A stretch of DNA of 64,000 bases, from the IMG/VR virus record IMGVR_UViG_2718217648_000002, positions 1 through 64,000 of that record. One strand, 5' to 3'. Origin of the DNA: an uncultured virus (IMG/VR IMGVR_UViG_2718217648_000002). Its lineage: Duplodnaviria; Heunggongvirae; Uroviricota; Caudoviricetes. Position numbers and translations under genes: made by a program. Below, in pieces: positions 41,377 through 51,473 of the stretch (position 1 is its first letter; each line of letters starts with the position of its first letter). The notes beneath the pieces are model-generated. The model did not search any database. It was given only the letters and a program-made list of their open reading frames with translations, and had not been told where the DNA came from.

Positions 41377-43905
41377 CTATTTCGTCATTTTTTTCTTACT
41401 GTATTTTTTTTGCCTTAATCGATGGTTCTTTTTTTCAATTTCCAATGCACATTTATTACAATATTTTGATTTATTTGAGATTGACTTAAACATCTTTCCA
41501 CAACTATAACAAGATTTAAATCTTTTTAAATTATTCTGCATGTTTTCCAATATTAGATCGCCAAAGCACTCCCATAATGTTGATTTAAATTTGCTTTTCT
41601 TTTTATATAAATGCTTAACCAAAACATCAGCAACAGATTGCTCGTCATTATAGATTTTCAGCAATCTGTCTTTAATGACCTTATAAACATAAAGTTTTTG
41701 CCCAGGCTTAATGTCTTCATCATTCATGAGCCATTTCTTGTTCTGGTCTAATCGTTTATATTCACGAATAATTGCATCGTCCAATTTAATATCCCTGTTC
41801 TTGAGCAGGAAGCGGTAATCAAATTTTCCTGCCACTGCTGCGAAATTAATTCGGTCAGAAGGGATAATGGAGTCTAACTTATTTACTGTGCTTTCATTAA
41901 TTAACTCAACACTATGTTCTTCTTTATCCTTTGCATTGATAAAGAAGTGAGGCACTTTATTTTTTATGTAATCTTTAATTTTTTCATCAACATGATCAGG
42001 ACGGGTCGGCATGAATAAGGTTTTTGCAAAATCAATAGTAAAGTTATTTTCCATGCATAACCATTTGATCACATCCAGATTTATATTGTCGCTGTTCCAT
42101 ATCTTAGTGATGTTGTTGCTGTACTCCCCGATATTGATCCCATAAGCAAGAGTTAGTGCTTCATAGATGTTCCTGCTATTAATCTTTTGTTTCTGGGCTA
42201 CAGACATTTCATAATACAACGGAACGATGTTTTCCATATTACGCTTGGCAATATTGACGATTAACTCATCAGAAATAATTAAGGCCTTATCCCCGTCATT
42301 ATCAAACTGCAGCAACTTAGATATCGGATCATGAATGCTTGTGTAAACACCTGGGGTAATGAACCACTTTTCATATTTCTCATCTTTTTTGTTCCACCTA
42401 ACACCATGCTCTCTGAATAGGTGAGGGGAGCGGAGGATGTCAATATACCCTTCATCATATAAAGAACAATGGACATCATTTCCTGAAAGCAGTCCTTTTG
42501 GATTCTGGATATTCAGAAATAATTTTTCGCAGAAAGCATATAGATCAGGGCATAAGTATGTATAACGAGCACCATCAACAAGCAATTTTCCTGATTTGGC
42601 ATCTTTAATCATGCTTTTCTTTTTATTTTTAATAATTTCTTTCGTGTGATCATCGTTAAGAAGTTCTGGATATAGAAGTAAAGCGTCCTGAAGAGCTGTC
42701 CGATGTTTCTTTTTCTCCGTAGCTCCAAGAACTCTTAACATGGTTTCTTTGTCAGTTCCCAATGTGGTAATCTCTTTTACAGTCTTTGAGCTCATTTGAA
42801 TTAATTCTTCACCGGAGATATCTGTAAGTGTTTGGAGCATTTGATAAGTGAGCTTCCCTTCAACAGAAGGATCTTCTTCGTTGAGTTTTGCCCCTAAGCA
42901 TCCATATTTTTTATAATTGCCTTGATATTCTTCCCACGATGAATAATACTTCCACATTTTAAACTGGCTTTTAGTGAAGATAATTTGAACATCATCTTTC
43001 ACTACGTCCCATTCCTTGCCGTATATATCAGTTACTTTAAAAGCTTTGTTTTCCTCAGCAAATTTGCGAAAATCAAACGGGACTAATAAACCCTTTACCC
43101 ATGGGAGTCTGACCATGAAGCTTTTGCTACTCAGAGTGGGGAGAATCATTCCGCAGCCATCCGTATGCTCAATGGGAATGTTCATTGTTTTTCGTGTGAT
43201 CTCGTAGGTATCTCGATCAATATAGTCAACGAGACTCGACACATCAGTTTCTAAGTCGTCGACAACAATGGCTTTATCAATATCAATCTCCCAAGGGCTA
43301 CTGGCACTGTTAGATAAGGCCATATAGCTATTCCATTTGTTAATGCTGCTACCACCAAGGGAGTTAATCTTTTCAATACTCAAGCCGCATGTCAAAGCAT
43401 CCTGATACTTATCGTAGGTGCTTTTTTTAATGAAACATGACTTCTTTGTACGAATTTGACCGGCACTGCTCGTGAAATAAACGTATTTTTCATTGTTATG
43501 TAAAAATCCCTGATCAATAATGTCCTTCAATACTTCAAAATGGTAAGTCTGGACAACCATGATTTCCTCTGAAAGGGTGTTTTCTTTAATCCCTAATGTT
43601 CGGGTCAACACTGAATCAAATAAAGAAATCACTTTATTGTCCCTTAAGCTGTCAGTTCGAAGTGTTCTTATGTCATTATGTTCTTCGAATGCAGAATAGA
43701 GGCATTCTTTAAGGTATGTAATTCTTTGTGAAATGTATTTCTTATGTTTATTATTTACATTGTCTAATGTCTTAAGATAATCTCTGTATCTATAAGACTT
43801 CAAAATCTTATTATGTAATGAATTTTCTTTGTCATTATAAAATGCTGATGTGTCCACGCTGTATATGTGAACTTGCTTAGACAATCCGTCTTTTTTTCTT
43901 TTCAA
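41377..43905 (-). CDS. yonO: Single-subunit two-barrel DNA-dependent RNA polymerase
   Basis: 842 aa, RSPH and QFDNDGD catalytic motif, synteny. Confidence 0.93.
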   Translation of the reverse strand: MKRKKDGLSKQVHIYSVDTSAFYNDKENSLHNKILKSYRYRDYLKTLDNVNNKHKKYISQRITYLKECLYSAFEEHNDIRTLRTDSLRDNKVISLFDSVLTRTLGIKENTLSEEIMVVQTYHFEVLKDIIDQGFLHNNEKYVYFTSSAGQIRTKKSCFIKKSTYDKYQDALTCGLSIEKINSLGGSSINKWNSYMALSNSASSPWEIDIDKAIVVDDLETDVSSLVDYIDRDTYEITRKTMNIPIEHTDGCGMILPTLSSKSFMVRLPWVKGLLVPFDFRKFAEENKAFKVTDIYGKEWDVVKDDVQIIFTKSQFKMWKYYSSWEEYQGNYKKYGCLGAKLNEEDPSVEGKLTYQMLQTLTDISGEELIQMSSKTVKEITTLGTDKETMLRVLGATEKKKHRTALQDALLLYPELLNDDHTKEIIKNKKKSMIKDAKSGKLLVDGARYTYLCPDLYAFCEKLFLNIQNPKGLLSGNDVHCSLYDEGYIDILRSPHLFREHGVRWNKKDEKYEKWFITPGVYTSIHDPISKLLQFDNDGDKALIISDELIVNIAKRNMENIVPLYYEMSVAQKQKINSRNIYEALTLAYGINIGEYSNNITKIWNSDNINLDVIKWLCMENNFTIDFAKTLFMPTRPDHVDEKIKDYIKNKVPHFFINAKDKEEHSVELINESTVNKLDSIIPSDRINFAAVAGKFDYRFLLKNRDIKLDDAIIREYKRLDQNKKWLMNDEDIKPGQKLYVYKVIKDRLLKIYNDEQSVADVLVKHLYKKKSKFKSTLWECFGDLILENMQNNLKRFKSCYSCGKMFKSISNKSKYCNKCALEIEKKNHRLRQKKYSKKKMTK

Positions 43906-43946
43906 TCAATCCTCTCCTTACTATTTTATTTTTACTTTAAATGTGC

Positions 43947-44126
43947 TTAATATTCGCTATTAAGATATTGATTTACTAAACTTCGATATGTAAAGCTTTG
44001 CTTATTAATCTTTCCGTACCATTTGTAATCCTGATAAAGGTATTCTTCTTCGGGTGTTGCTGTACCATCGACTACTTTTCCCTCAATAAACCCCATTAAA
44101 TGACTAAATAAATACTGCTTTTTCAT
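43947..44126 (-). CDS. yonP: YonP-like small protein, 59 aa MKKQYLFSHLMGFIEGK...
   Basis: Hand translation, GGAGGTG RBS, upstream of yonO. Confidence 0.7.
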   Translation of the reverse strand: MKKQYLFSHLMGFIEGKVVDGTATPEEEYLYQDYKWYGKINKQSFTYRSLVNQYLNSEY

Positions 44127-44201
44127 CTTACACCTCCATACTATTTTATTTTTACTCTTAAAATGATTAAAATAAAGACCACTTCATGTGGTTGTGTCTT
44201 T

Positions 44202-44230
44202 ATTATATATTTTATTTTTACTCTTGTAAA
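44202..44230 (-). promoter_or_regulatory. SigmaA promoter for yonP-yonO with GTAAAAATAAAAT box in spacer
   Basis: TTTACA-17 nt-TATAAT on minus strand. Confidence 0.7.
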
Positions 44231-44245
44231 CATAAAAATCCAAAG

Positions 44246-44482
44246 TTAATTGGATTTAATTTCGATTAATTCAAAAAGATCGTCAACTTTACAATTTAGA
44301 ATATGTGCCATCAATAAAAGATTGTATGTACTAGGGAGGACGGTTGCAAATCCCTCGCTGTCATTTTTACACCATCTAGATATACTTGCTCTTTCAGCTT
44401 TTATTTGCTCTGCTAACCAGCCTTTTTCAATACCTTTGCTGTTTAGAAATGAATCCAACTTACTTTTAACCCTATATTCCAT
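44246..44482 (-). CDS. XRE/Cro-C1 helix-turn-helix regulator
   Basis: WLAEQIKAERASISRW...LLMAHILNCKVDDLF. Confidence 0.85.
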   Translation of the reverse strand: MEYRVKSKLDSFLNSKGIEKGWLAEQIKAERASISRWCKNDSEGFATVLPSTYNLLLMAHILNCKVDDLFELIEIKSN

Positions 44483-44573
44483 TTAAATCATCCTTTTGCT
44501 GTTTGAATAAATTTTATAAAATGACTGGTTTACATACAAGCAGAGTATGATTATTTGCATTAAGATACAAAAA

Positions 44574-44606
44574 TATTTGCATTTAAATGCAAATAGACAA
44601 TATAAT
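44574..44606 (+). promoter_or_regulatory. Promoter of wHTH-tubulin operon overlapped by perfect 22-bp palindrome TATTTGCATTTAAATGCAAATA
   Basis: TTGCAT-18 nt-TATAAT; palindrome 44574-44595; half-site copy at 44552-44561. Confidence 0.7.
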
Positions 44607-44660
44607 AATCGTATATCAACCAAGATACTTCAGAATCATCAGATATTAAGGAGGGGTCAC

Positions 44661-44945
44661 ATGGATACTTATTTTGCTTCTGTCATTGACAACTTAACTC
44701 GAAATGATCTGTATATTCTAGGCTTATTGAGCGATGAAGGGGCTGATTTAAAGTTTAAATCAATTAGGAAGAAAACCATTCAAGCTAAAACTCAACTAAC
44801 TGATGCTACTTTTAGAAAGAGCATTGATCGTCTTGAGGCCTTGCAGTTTATTATTATAGTGAAAAACAGTAAAGAGCATACAATTTTTATTACTCAATAT
44901 GGTCAAGAAGCTTTGAGATATCAATTAAAAAGGGAGAGGGTTTAA
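44661..44945 (+). CDS. Winged-helix DNA-binding protein, 94 aa (TubR-like adaptor candidate)
   Basis: AAGGAGG RBS before ATG 44661; LTDATFRKSIDRLEALQFI...IFITQYG wHTH pattern; coupled to tubulin gene. Confidence 0.75.
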   Translation: MDTYFASVIDNLTRNDLYILGLLSDEGADLKFKSIRKKTIQAKTQLTDATFRKSIDRLEALQFIIIVKNSKEHTIFITQYGQEALRYQLKRERV

Positions 44946-46057
44946 TGTTTGGATTTATTGGAGTTGGTCAGGCCGGTGGAAGTATAGCGGATGAAGCAAT
45001 GAAGAGAGGATTTCATTCTGTTGCAATAAATTATTCACTTTCAGACCTTAATTCATTAATCAATATTCAAGATAAGCTTCATCTGGTAGGGACAGAAGGA
45101 GTAGGTAAAGACAGAAGCGTAGCAGCGAAACATATGAAAAATAACTGGGAGTCCTCTATTGAGTTCATAAAGAACACAATGGAAAAGCCTTCAGTACAAG
45201 TTATTTTCGTAGTTTTCTCTGCAGCTGGTGGAACCGGTTCAGGAGTAGCCCCTATATTATTAGAATTGTTAAACGAATGTCTTACACATAAAACAATAGT
45301 TGCTGTACCAATCCTTCCTGACAATAATGAGGTATTGGTTAACCAGATGAATACACTGGAGTTACTTGATGACTTATCTATGCCAGAGACCTGTGTCTTA
45401 CCTTTGGATAATCAAATGGTTTTGAGCAAATATGAAGGGAAGATTTCTGAAAGCAGACTATACAAGGAGACAAACAAGATGTTCCTTGATTTAATCGAAG
45501 TCTTACTCAATTACACGGACAGAGGATCAAAGATCAGTACATTAGACAGGAAGGATTTAAATCAGCTTTTTGACACACCAGGAATCATGACTATTGCTCA
45601 AACAGACCTCAATGAATTTACAATTGAGGGTAAGTATTTTGATAAGCTGCATGAAGATATACAGAAGTCGTGGAACAATTCGATATTTACTCCTGTTGAG
45701 TTTACAAATGTGATGAGAGCTGGTGTCATTCTGGATGTTCATGAGTTTTTAACGGAGCATATATCGTATAATGAGCTGTTTAATGTCTTTGATAACAAGA
45801 TGCCCCTAGACTTATTTAAAGGACATTATGATAAAGGGAATAGGGCAATAACCATCCTTAGTGGATTAACCTGGATCAATGAGCGGATGAAGCAGTTAGA
45901 TGATCTAATTGAAAGTGGAAACACTGAAGTTAAAGAAACAACTGTCTATAAAGCGAAGAATCGCCGTAGAGAGGATTTATTCAAGCCGAGGAAGCTGGAG
46001 AACAAGGAATCGAAAAAGACCTCGTATATGGAGGCACTGAAGAGACTAAAACGTTAA
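44945..46057 (+). CDS. Tubulin/FtsZ-family GTPase (TubZ-like)
   Basis: GVGQAGG, GVGKD, AGGTGSG tubulin signature, LDN, T7-like TLDRKDL, basic C-terminal tail. Confidence 0.9.
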   Translation: MFGFIGVGQAGGSIADEAMKRGFHSVAINYSLSDLNSLINIQDKLHLVGTEGVGKDRSVAAKHMKNNWESSIEFIKNTMEKPSVQVIFVVFSAAGGTGSGVAPILLELLNECLTHKTIVAVPILPDNNEVLVNQMNTLELLDDLSMPETCVLPLDNQMVLSKYEGKISESRLYKETNKMFLDLIEVLLNYTDRGSKISTLDRKDLNQLFDTPGIMTIAQTDLNEFTIEGKYFDKLHEDIQKSWNNSIFTPVEFTNVMRAGVILDVHEFLTEHISYNELFNVFDNKMPLDLFKGHYDKGNRAITILSGLTWINERMKQLDDLIESGNTEVKETTVYKAKNRRREDLFKPRKLENKESKKTSYMEALKRLKR

Positions 46058-46066
46058 TTTTAAAGG

Positions 46067-46098
46067 GAAGCTGCCTATTATGGTGGCTTTTTTATTTT
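46067..46098 (+). terminator. Intrinsic terminator after tubulin gene
   Basis: AAGCTGCC-tattat-GGTGGCTT then T-run. Confidence 0.7.
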
Positions 46099-47048
46099 GA
46101 TTTTTAATGACCCCCCGGGTGATCGTTAGCTATAAAAGTGCTTATCGTAAATGAAGATCAGAAAGGGTTATTTAGTTGATATAGCAATGTTTTAGGGCTG
46201 TCAAAGGGGATAATAGGTGTTTTGTGATCGTAAAACGTAGACAGGAGAGAGGAAAAGTGGTTGTTTATTTAAAAATCTGATGAAAAAGGGGAGAATAAGG
46301 GGTGGAAAAACATTGATATTATAGGCTTTTACGATAGCGATTACGATGTGAAAATAGGCTGAAAAATGGGAAAGTGAAAAAATAAGTTTGGTGTGGAAAT
46401 GGAAGTGCTAGGGGTACATTTGTTCCTATTTTTTGGCCTTTAGATGTTAATATACCCCCTATATATTGGTATTTAATTCCCTATATAAGATACGTTATGT
46501 AGGGTTTTTATGATTTAGGTGATAAATTTGCACAGCTAACACAATTTCAAATGAAAAACAATATATATTTTTGAAAAAATAATTAAGCGGTCAACTTAAA
46601 AGTGAATACCCATTCATTAAAATAATCGTGTATATAACGAAAGGAAACAAATCGAAGTGTTATCTATACAATTCCTCATCTAACTACACACCTATTTTAT
46701 ATTCATCCTTAATGTTCATCTTTTCCCATCCTCATTACATTGCATCCACCATAAACTATCCTCAGCTTACCTAATCATCTCTATCCGTTTCCTTCACCAT
46801 ACATCATATATCCATCCTATACACACTAAGCACACATCATCAGAAGCATTCTAATCCACCTAGAATCAATTTTAATTTAATCATAGTATCATTGGTATCC
46901 AATCCACATACACGCCTTATACAGCCTATAAATAGCCATGAATAATAGTGCCAAAATAATTTAAAAAAATCCATTTTAAGAGTAAAAATAAAATGACTTT
47001 GAAAGGGAAATGTGCTATAATAGAGTTATAGGAAAGGAGGTGTACATA

Positions 47049-47222
47049 GTGCTTGAGAAAGTGGGTATAACAATTGCTTTCCTTATTCCTATCACGGTTT
47101 TAATCATCAACTGTTTAACGATAGCTGAGAAGATTCAAAACCTGATGAAGAATAAGAAAAGCAAAAAGCGTACACGCAAGCGCCTCCGTAGCAAGAGACA
47201 ACGCAAACGTATACGCAGATAA
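47049..47222 (+). CDS. yonT: Type I toxin YonT
   Basis: GTG start after AGGAGG; one TM helix plus very basic tail. Confidence 0.85.
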   Translation: MLEKVGITIAFLIPITVLIINCLTIAEKIQNLMKNKKSKKRTRKRLRSKRQRKRIRR

Positions 47223-47256
47223 CACGCTAAAGGGGAATTAATCCCCTTTAGTCACT
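47155..47256 (-). ncRNA. SR6-like antisense antitoxin RNA (ends approximate)
   Basis: Minus-strand TTTACA-16-TATAAT promoter at 47263-47290, CTAAAGGGGA..TCCCCTTTAG hairpin, overlaps yonT 3' end as in SPbeta. Confidence 0.6.
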
Positions 47257-47270
47257 ACCCATATTATAAC

Positions 47271-47480
47271 ATGGACAAGCACATTGTAAACATGAAACGA
47301 TTCTCATTATGGTTTACGAACATAACATTTGTTGTTTTATTCTTGTTGTTTCTGTTCATCAAAGATTATTTCAGCAGCGGAATACAGTCGCTGATTACGG
47401 CTATCTTCATAGTAACGTGTATCATTGTCATTTTGTCATGGATCATTTATTTTACTTTACGTAAGAGGTTAAATAAATAA
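47271..47480 (+). CDS. yoyJ: YoyJ-like membrane protein
   Basis: Two TM helices, directly after yonT. Confidence 0.7.
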   Translation: MDKHIVNMKRFSLWFTNITFVVLFLLFLFIKDYFSSGIQSLITAIFIVTCIIVILSWIIYFTLRKRLNK

Positions 47481-47529
47481 AGTTTGTGGTTTTCTGGATA
47501 TTGATTTACAAAAAAAGATCAAAAAGATA

Positions 47530-47558
47530 TTGATCATTTAAAGTGATCATGATATAAT
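47530..47558 (+). promoter_or_regulatory. SigmaA promoter with TGATCA-N7-TGATCA operator
   Basis: TTGATC-17-TG.TATAAT; related copies at 49454, 53107, 58221, 58477. Confidence 0.75.
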
Positions 47559-47608
47559 AAAGTTACAAGTTAAGAGGAAAAATACAATGTATATAGGAGG
47601 ATAAGAAT

Positions 47609-47776
47609 ATGATTACAGAAGATAGAATTTTTGAAATAGAAGAGGAAGAGACAATTGAGGGATATAAAGTTAGACGTGTGAACATGTCAGAATTAGAAAT
47701 CATTGATAGAGAAAAAATTGTATTTAAGGGGGAAGAGGCAGAAGTAGCTGAACACCTTAACTCACTACTCTTTTAA
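47609..47776 (+). CDS. Small acidic hypothetical protein, 55 aa MITEDRIFEIEEEETIEG...
   Basis: AGGAGG RBS, downstream of promoter at 47530. Confidence 0.7.
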   Translation: MITEDRIFEIEEEETIEGYKVRRVNMSELEIIDREKIVFKGEEAEVAEHLNSLLF

Positions 47777-48033
47777 ATATCCATTTTAAAACTCTAGCCG
47801 ATGCTTATTAGAGGTGAGCGGGATAGGAAACGAATCCTTGAGGGTATACAGTATCTTTCCGCGAATGTAGAAAGTGACCACCGATACAATGATAAGAAAT
47901 TCTCTGGTCTTGAAAGACGTATTCATGATCTTGAAGAAAGAATCAACAATTGAATTTCATACATGAGAAGGAGCGGTAAAACATTTATCCGTTCCTTTAT
48001 TTTTAATATTAAAGGGGGAAGTCTACACTTATT

Positions 48034-49251
48034 ATGAATAAAATTAAAATAATTGATTCGGTTATGGGGAGCGGTAAAACATCTGCAGCGATTAACAAAA
48101 TGAATTCTGCTGGTAAAGAAGAAACCTTTATATTCATCACACCTTATTTAAATGAAGTTGAGCGCATAAAGAAAAGCATAAAGTCCAAACAATTTTTCGA
48201 ACCTAAAGTAAAGAAGAAAGGTGATAAAACACAATATAAGTTTGAATCCTTTCACGAACTCTTATCACAAAATAAAAACATTGTGGCAACTCATAACCTT
48301 TTTAAAAACGCAAACGACGAGACAAAGGAACTTATACTTGCAGGCAATTACACACTGATATTAGATGAAGTCATGGAAGTAGTGGAACAATTACAGGTAA
48401 AGAAACATGATCTAACAACACTGTTTGATTCCAATCTGATTTATATTGAAAACGGTTTTGTCAAATGGAATGAAGAAAAAAAAGACTATGAAACACGATA
48501 CGATGACATTCGAGATATGGCGTTAAATAACAATCTAATGTATTTCAAAGACAATATATTGATTTGGAACTTTCCAGCCGATGTATTCCAGTTATTCAAG
48601 GAAGTTTACATACTTACATATATGTTTGATGCTCAAATACAAAAATATTACTACGATCTGAACAACATTAAGTATCAAAAGTACAGTTCAGCTTACATGG
48701 ATGGACAGTATAGCTTCATTGATCACCGTCCTGATTATGAAAGGAGCTTTAAAAAAGAGTTAAGAAACAAAATAAAAATATATGAAGGAAATCTAAACAC
48801 AATAGGACAACTGGAGTTTTCACTGTCTTCTAATTGGTATAAAAATAAATCACCTTACACCATCAAAAAGGTGAAGAACAATGTATTCAATTACTTTAAT
48901 AATATTGTTAAGTCGTCAAGTGATGAAGCTATGTGGACGACTTATTCAGACCATAAGAACAGAATAAAGGGCAATGGGTATACAAAGGGGTTTGTCTCAT
49001 GTAATGCACGTGCTACAAACGAGTTTAAGCATAAGAAACACTTAGCATATACAATAAACAGATATACGAATACTGTTCTGTATAATTATTTTAAAGAAAA
49101 GTACAGTATTACAATAGACCAGGACGCATTTGCATTGTCTGAGTTAGTGCAATGGGTATGGAGGTCAGCTATTAGGGATGGAGAAGAAATAACTTTGTAC
49201 ATACCTTCTCTAAGAATGAGGAAGCTGCTCACAAACTGGCTCGATACCTGA
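48034..49251 (+). CDS. yonV: YonV-like P-loop NTPase/helicase-like protein
   Basis: GSGKT Walker A, ILDEV Walker B, QWVWRSAIR motif VI-like; 405 aa. Confidence 0.8.
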   Translation: MNKIKIIDSVMGSGKTSAAINKMNSAGKEETFIFITPYLNEVERIKKSIKSKQFFEPKVKKKGDKTQYKFESFHELLSQNKNIVATHNLFKNANDETKELILAGNYTLILDEVMEVVEQLQVKKHDLTTLFDSNLIYIENGFVKWNEEKKDYETRYDDIRDMALNNNLMYFKDNILIWNFPADVFQLFKEVYILTYMFDAQIQKYYYDLNNIKYQKYSSAYMDGQYSFIDHRPDYERSFKKELRNKIKIYEGNLNTIGQLEFSLSSNWYKNKSPYTIKKVKNNVFNYFNNIVKSSSDEAMWTTYSDHKNRIKGNGYTKGFVSCNARATNEFKHKKHLAYTINRYTNTVLYNYFKEKYSITIDQDAFALSELVQWVWRSAIRDGEEITLYIPSLRMRKLLTNWLDT

Positions 49252-49538
49252 TAAAGAGGACAAACCTCTTAAACTTAAAAAATAAGCCAGTCATATCAAC
49301 GGTTTTAGAGCCTAAGTCTTAAGGAGAACCAGAAAAATAATTAAATAAAAAATAATAAATTCGTCCGTAAAGTGCCTTTACGGCCGTCTCGTTTCAGCAA
49401 GCTGAACCTCGATAATAGGATTTTCTTTATTTAGAATAAAAATAAAATATCTATTGATTATTTTAAGTGATCATGTTAAAATTAAATCAAGTCAAAGGAT
49501 TACATACATTTAAGATAAAAATAAAATAGTTATAAAGA

Positions 49539-51422
49539 ATGGAGAGGTTGAAAATGACAGCTGTTTTAAGAATTAATGAAGAGTTAAATGGAATTGAACT
49601 ATATTTTGATAGTAAACCAGAACAAGAGGTTTTAACTCATCTTAAATCAAACGGTTTTCGATACTCTGGATTCAAAAAATGTTGGTGGAGCAAACGGACA
49701 GAAAAATCAATGCAGGTCGCTAATGGTGTTACTAAACAAGAAGTCTCATCTTCTAAAACAATCACAAAAACCAAAAAGAAAGCTAATGGTGTAAATATGA
49801 GTCTGTGGGATGCAACACAATGGAGTGAATTAGAAGTAAATAAGGAACAAGAAGTAAAAGAAATGGCAAAGGAAATAAGAAAGCATTTAAGACAACGTCT
49901 CCCACAATGCAAATTCTCTGTTACTACTGGGGGTAGCTATTCACATAGCACTATTAACATCACAATCAAATCAAGTCCTTATGAAAAAGGCTCAGCTTAT
50001 TTGACTGCGATTTATGATTATTGCAACAGTCTTTTAAACAATTATCGCCATTGCTACAGCCCAGCAGATCCTTACACTGACTATGCTGGAAGCTACAATT
50101 TCTATGGTCGTGTTTCATTAGATTGGGAATACACAGTGACAGAGCAAACAGAAGAAATTAAAGAAGATATGACACTGTTTGATTCAAAGATGGAAGAATT
50201 CGAAGAAGCCGAGAAAGCGAGAAAAGAAAAAGAATTTCAGGAATATTTAAAAGAACAAGAAATCAAAAATGCTGAATATAAGAGACGGCAAGAAGAAAAG
50301 AAACAAGCCGAAAATATCTATAGCAGCATTGTAGTAAAACAACTGAATGAAGATCAAGAGTATTTTGTTATTGATGCACAGTTTGCCAACTTAAACAAAA
50401 ATCAAGCACTTGATCAATATAAAGACGAGGTTGCTAAAGGTGACTACAGACTTGAAAATGTGAAAATTACAAAAGAAGTGCATTTCAATACTGAAGAAGC
50501 TTTAAACAACTTTTCTAACTTGCTTTTAAATGATTTTGATTTTCTTGCGGAAACCGGTGGAAGTTTTACGGAAGACAACAGGATCAACTCAATGATTGAT
50601 TATTACAATATGGACGATTTAGAAAAGAACACAGTTAAATGGAATTTATATGGCGTAGGAGTGTACTACGGCGGGAAATTGCAATTTATTGTAGACGCTC
50701 AAGGCCATTCTTATGCAAGATACGTTGGTTTAGTGGACAATGCAAAAATTGAAAAGTCAATTTTTGATAAACAAGCGATAAAAGAAGGAGAATTAGACGA
50801 GTTAAAATATCAAGCGGGAAAAATAGAAGATCTTTCTAGCTCAGTCATTGAAGAATTAAATATATTTGCAACCTGGAATAATGAAGACTGGGACAAATAT
50901 AAAGCTTTACTCAAAGAAAAATTGAAATTGAATAATTTAAATTTGAGTAAAAAAATTATCCAACAAGCAGATACAGAGGAATTGAAAATTTCTTTATACA
51001 GAATTCTCCATGAAGTTGACAGCATTCAAGAACAATTTAAAAATGCTGATCTTGAAAAAGGTGAAAAATATACTCTGTTTTACATATCTGATCTTGGATC
51101 TTTAATTACTGAAAAAATAACGTATGACAGTTGCCAGTCAACTAAATATGCTCAATATGATAATGCAGTGAAGTTGACATACAAGCCTGAAAATAAAAGA
51201 AATTTATATTACCGACACTTCTATTCAGAATTATTGATGTTCAAAGGGTGGCACTCGCTGCCCGAAACTGTGTTGAATAATGTAGAGGTTAAACCAGATG
51301 GGACTAAAATAATTCACAGTAAGTACTACTCGTGTGACAAAAGACAATTTGACGAGGTTCTAAATTACTTAAATAATAAAAGCTTCAAACCTCTAATCAA
51401 CACATATAAACCTAGTCTATAA
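49539..51422 (+). CDS. Large protein with probable LPD29 (polyvalent-protein-associated) domain
   Basis: GIELYFDSKP..LK..GFR N-terminus; AKEIRKHLRQRLPQCKFSV and DPYTDY motifs. Confidence 0.6.
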   Translation: MERLKMTAVLRINEELNGIELYFDSKPEQEVLTHLKSNGFRYSGFKKCWWSKRTEKSMQVANGVTKQEVSSSKTITKTKKKANGVNMSLWDATQWSELEVNKEQEVKEMAKEIRKHLRQRLPQCKFSVTTGGSYSHSTINITIKSSPYEKGSAYLTAIYDYCNSLLNNYRHCYSPADPYTDYAGSYNFYGRVSLDWEYTVTEQTEEIKEDMTLFDSKMEEFEEAEKARKEKEFQEYLKEQEIKNAEYKRRQEEKKQAENIYSSIVVKQLNEDQEYFVIDAQFANLNKNQALDQYKDEVAKGDYRLENVKITKEVHFNTEEALNNFSNLLLNDFDFLAETGGSFTEDNRINSMIDYYNMDDLEKNTVKWNLYGVGVYYGGKLQFIVDAQGHSYARYVGLVDNAKIEKSIFDKQAIKEGELDELKYQAGKIEDLSSSVIEELNIFATWNNEDWDKYKALLKEKLKLNNLNLSKKIIQQADTEELKISLYRILHEVDSIQEQFKNADLEKGEKYTLFYISDLGSLITEKITYDSCQSTKYAQYDNAVKLTYKPENKRNLYYRHFYSELLMFKGWHSLPETVLNNVEVKPDGTKIIHSKYYSCDKRQFDEVLNYLNNKSFKPLINTYKPSL

Positions 51423-51473
51423 AATAAGAGGGGATGAGAAAACATCTCATTCCCTAAAAAGGGAGAACAAAAA

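Noticed and set aside
44547..44660. Longer start for the wHTH gene
   Set aside because: Overlaps the promoter and palindrome; the RBS supports ATG 44661
44945..46057. Host cell-division ftsZ
   Set aside because: Too divergent from canonical FtsZ, lacks the conserved C-terminal peptide, no ftsA/dcw context
47801..47953. 50-codon ORF MLIRGERD...LEERINN
   Set aside because: No RBS; probably the 3' remnant of a deleted gene
41283..49305. CCAGT.ATATCAA.GGTT look-alikes at ~41283 and ~49287
   Set aside because: Only two good copies; cannot separate from chance or assign a role
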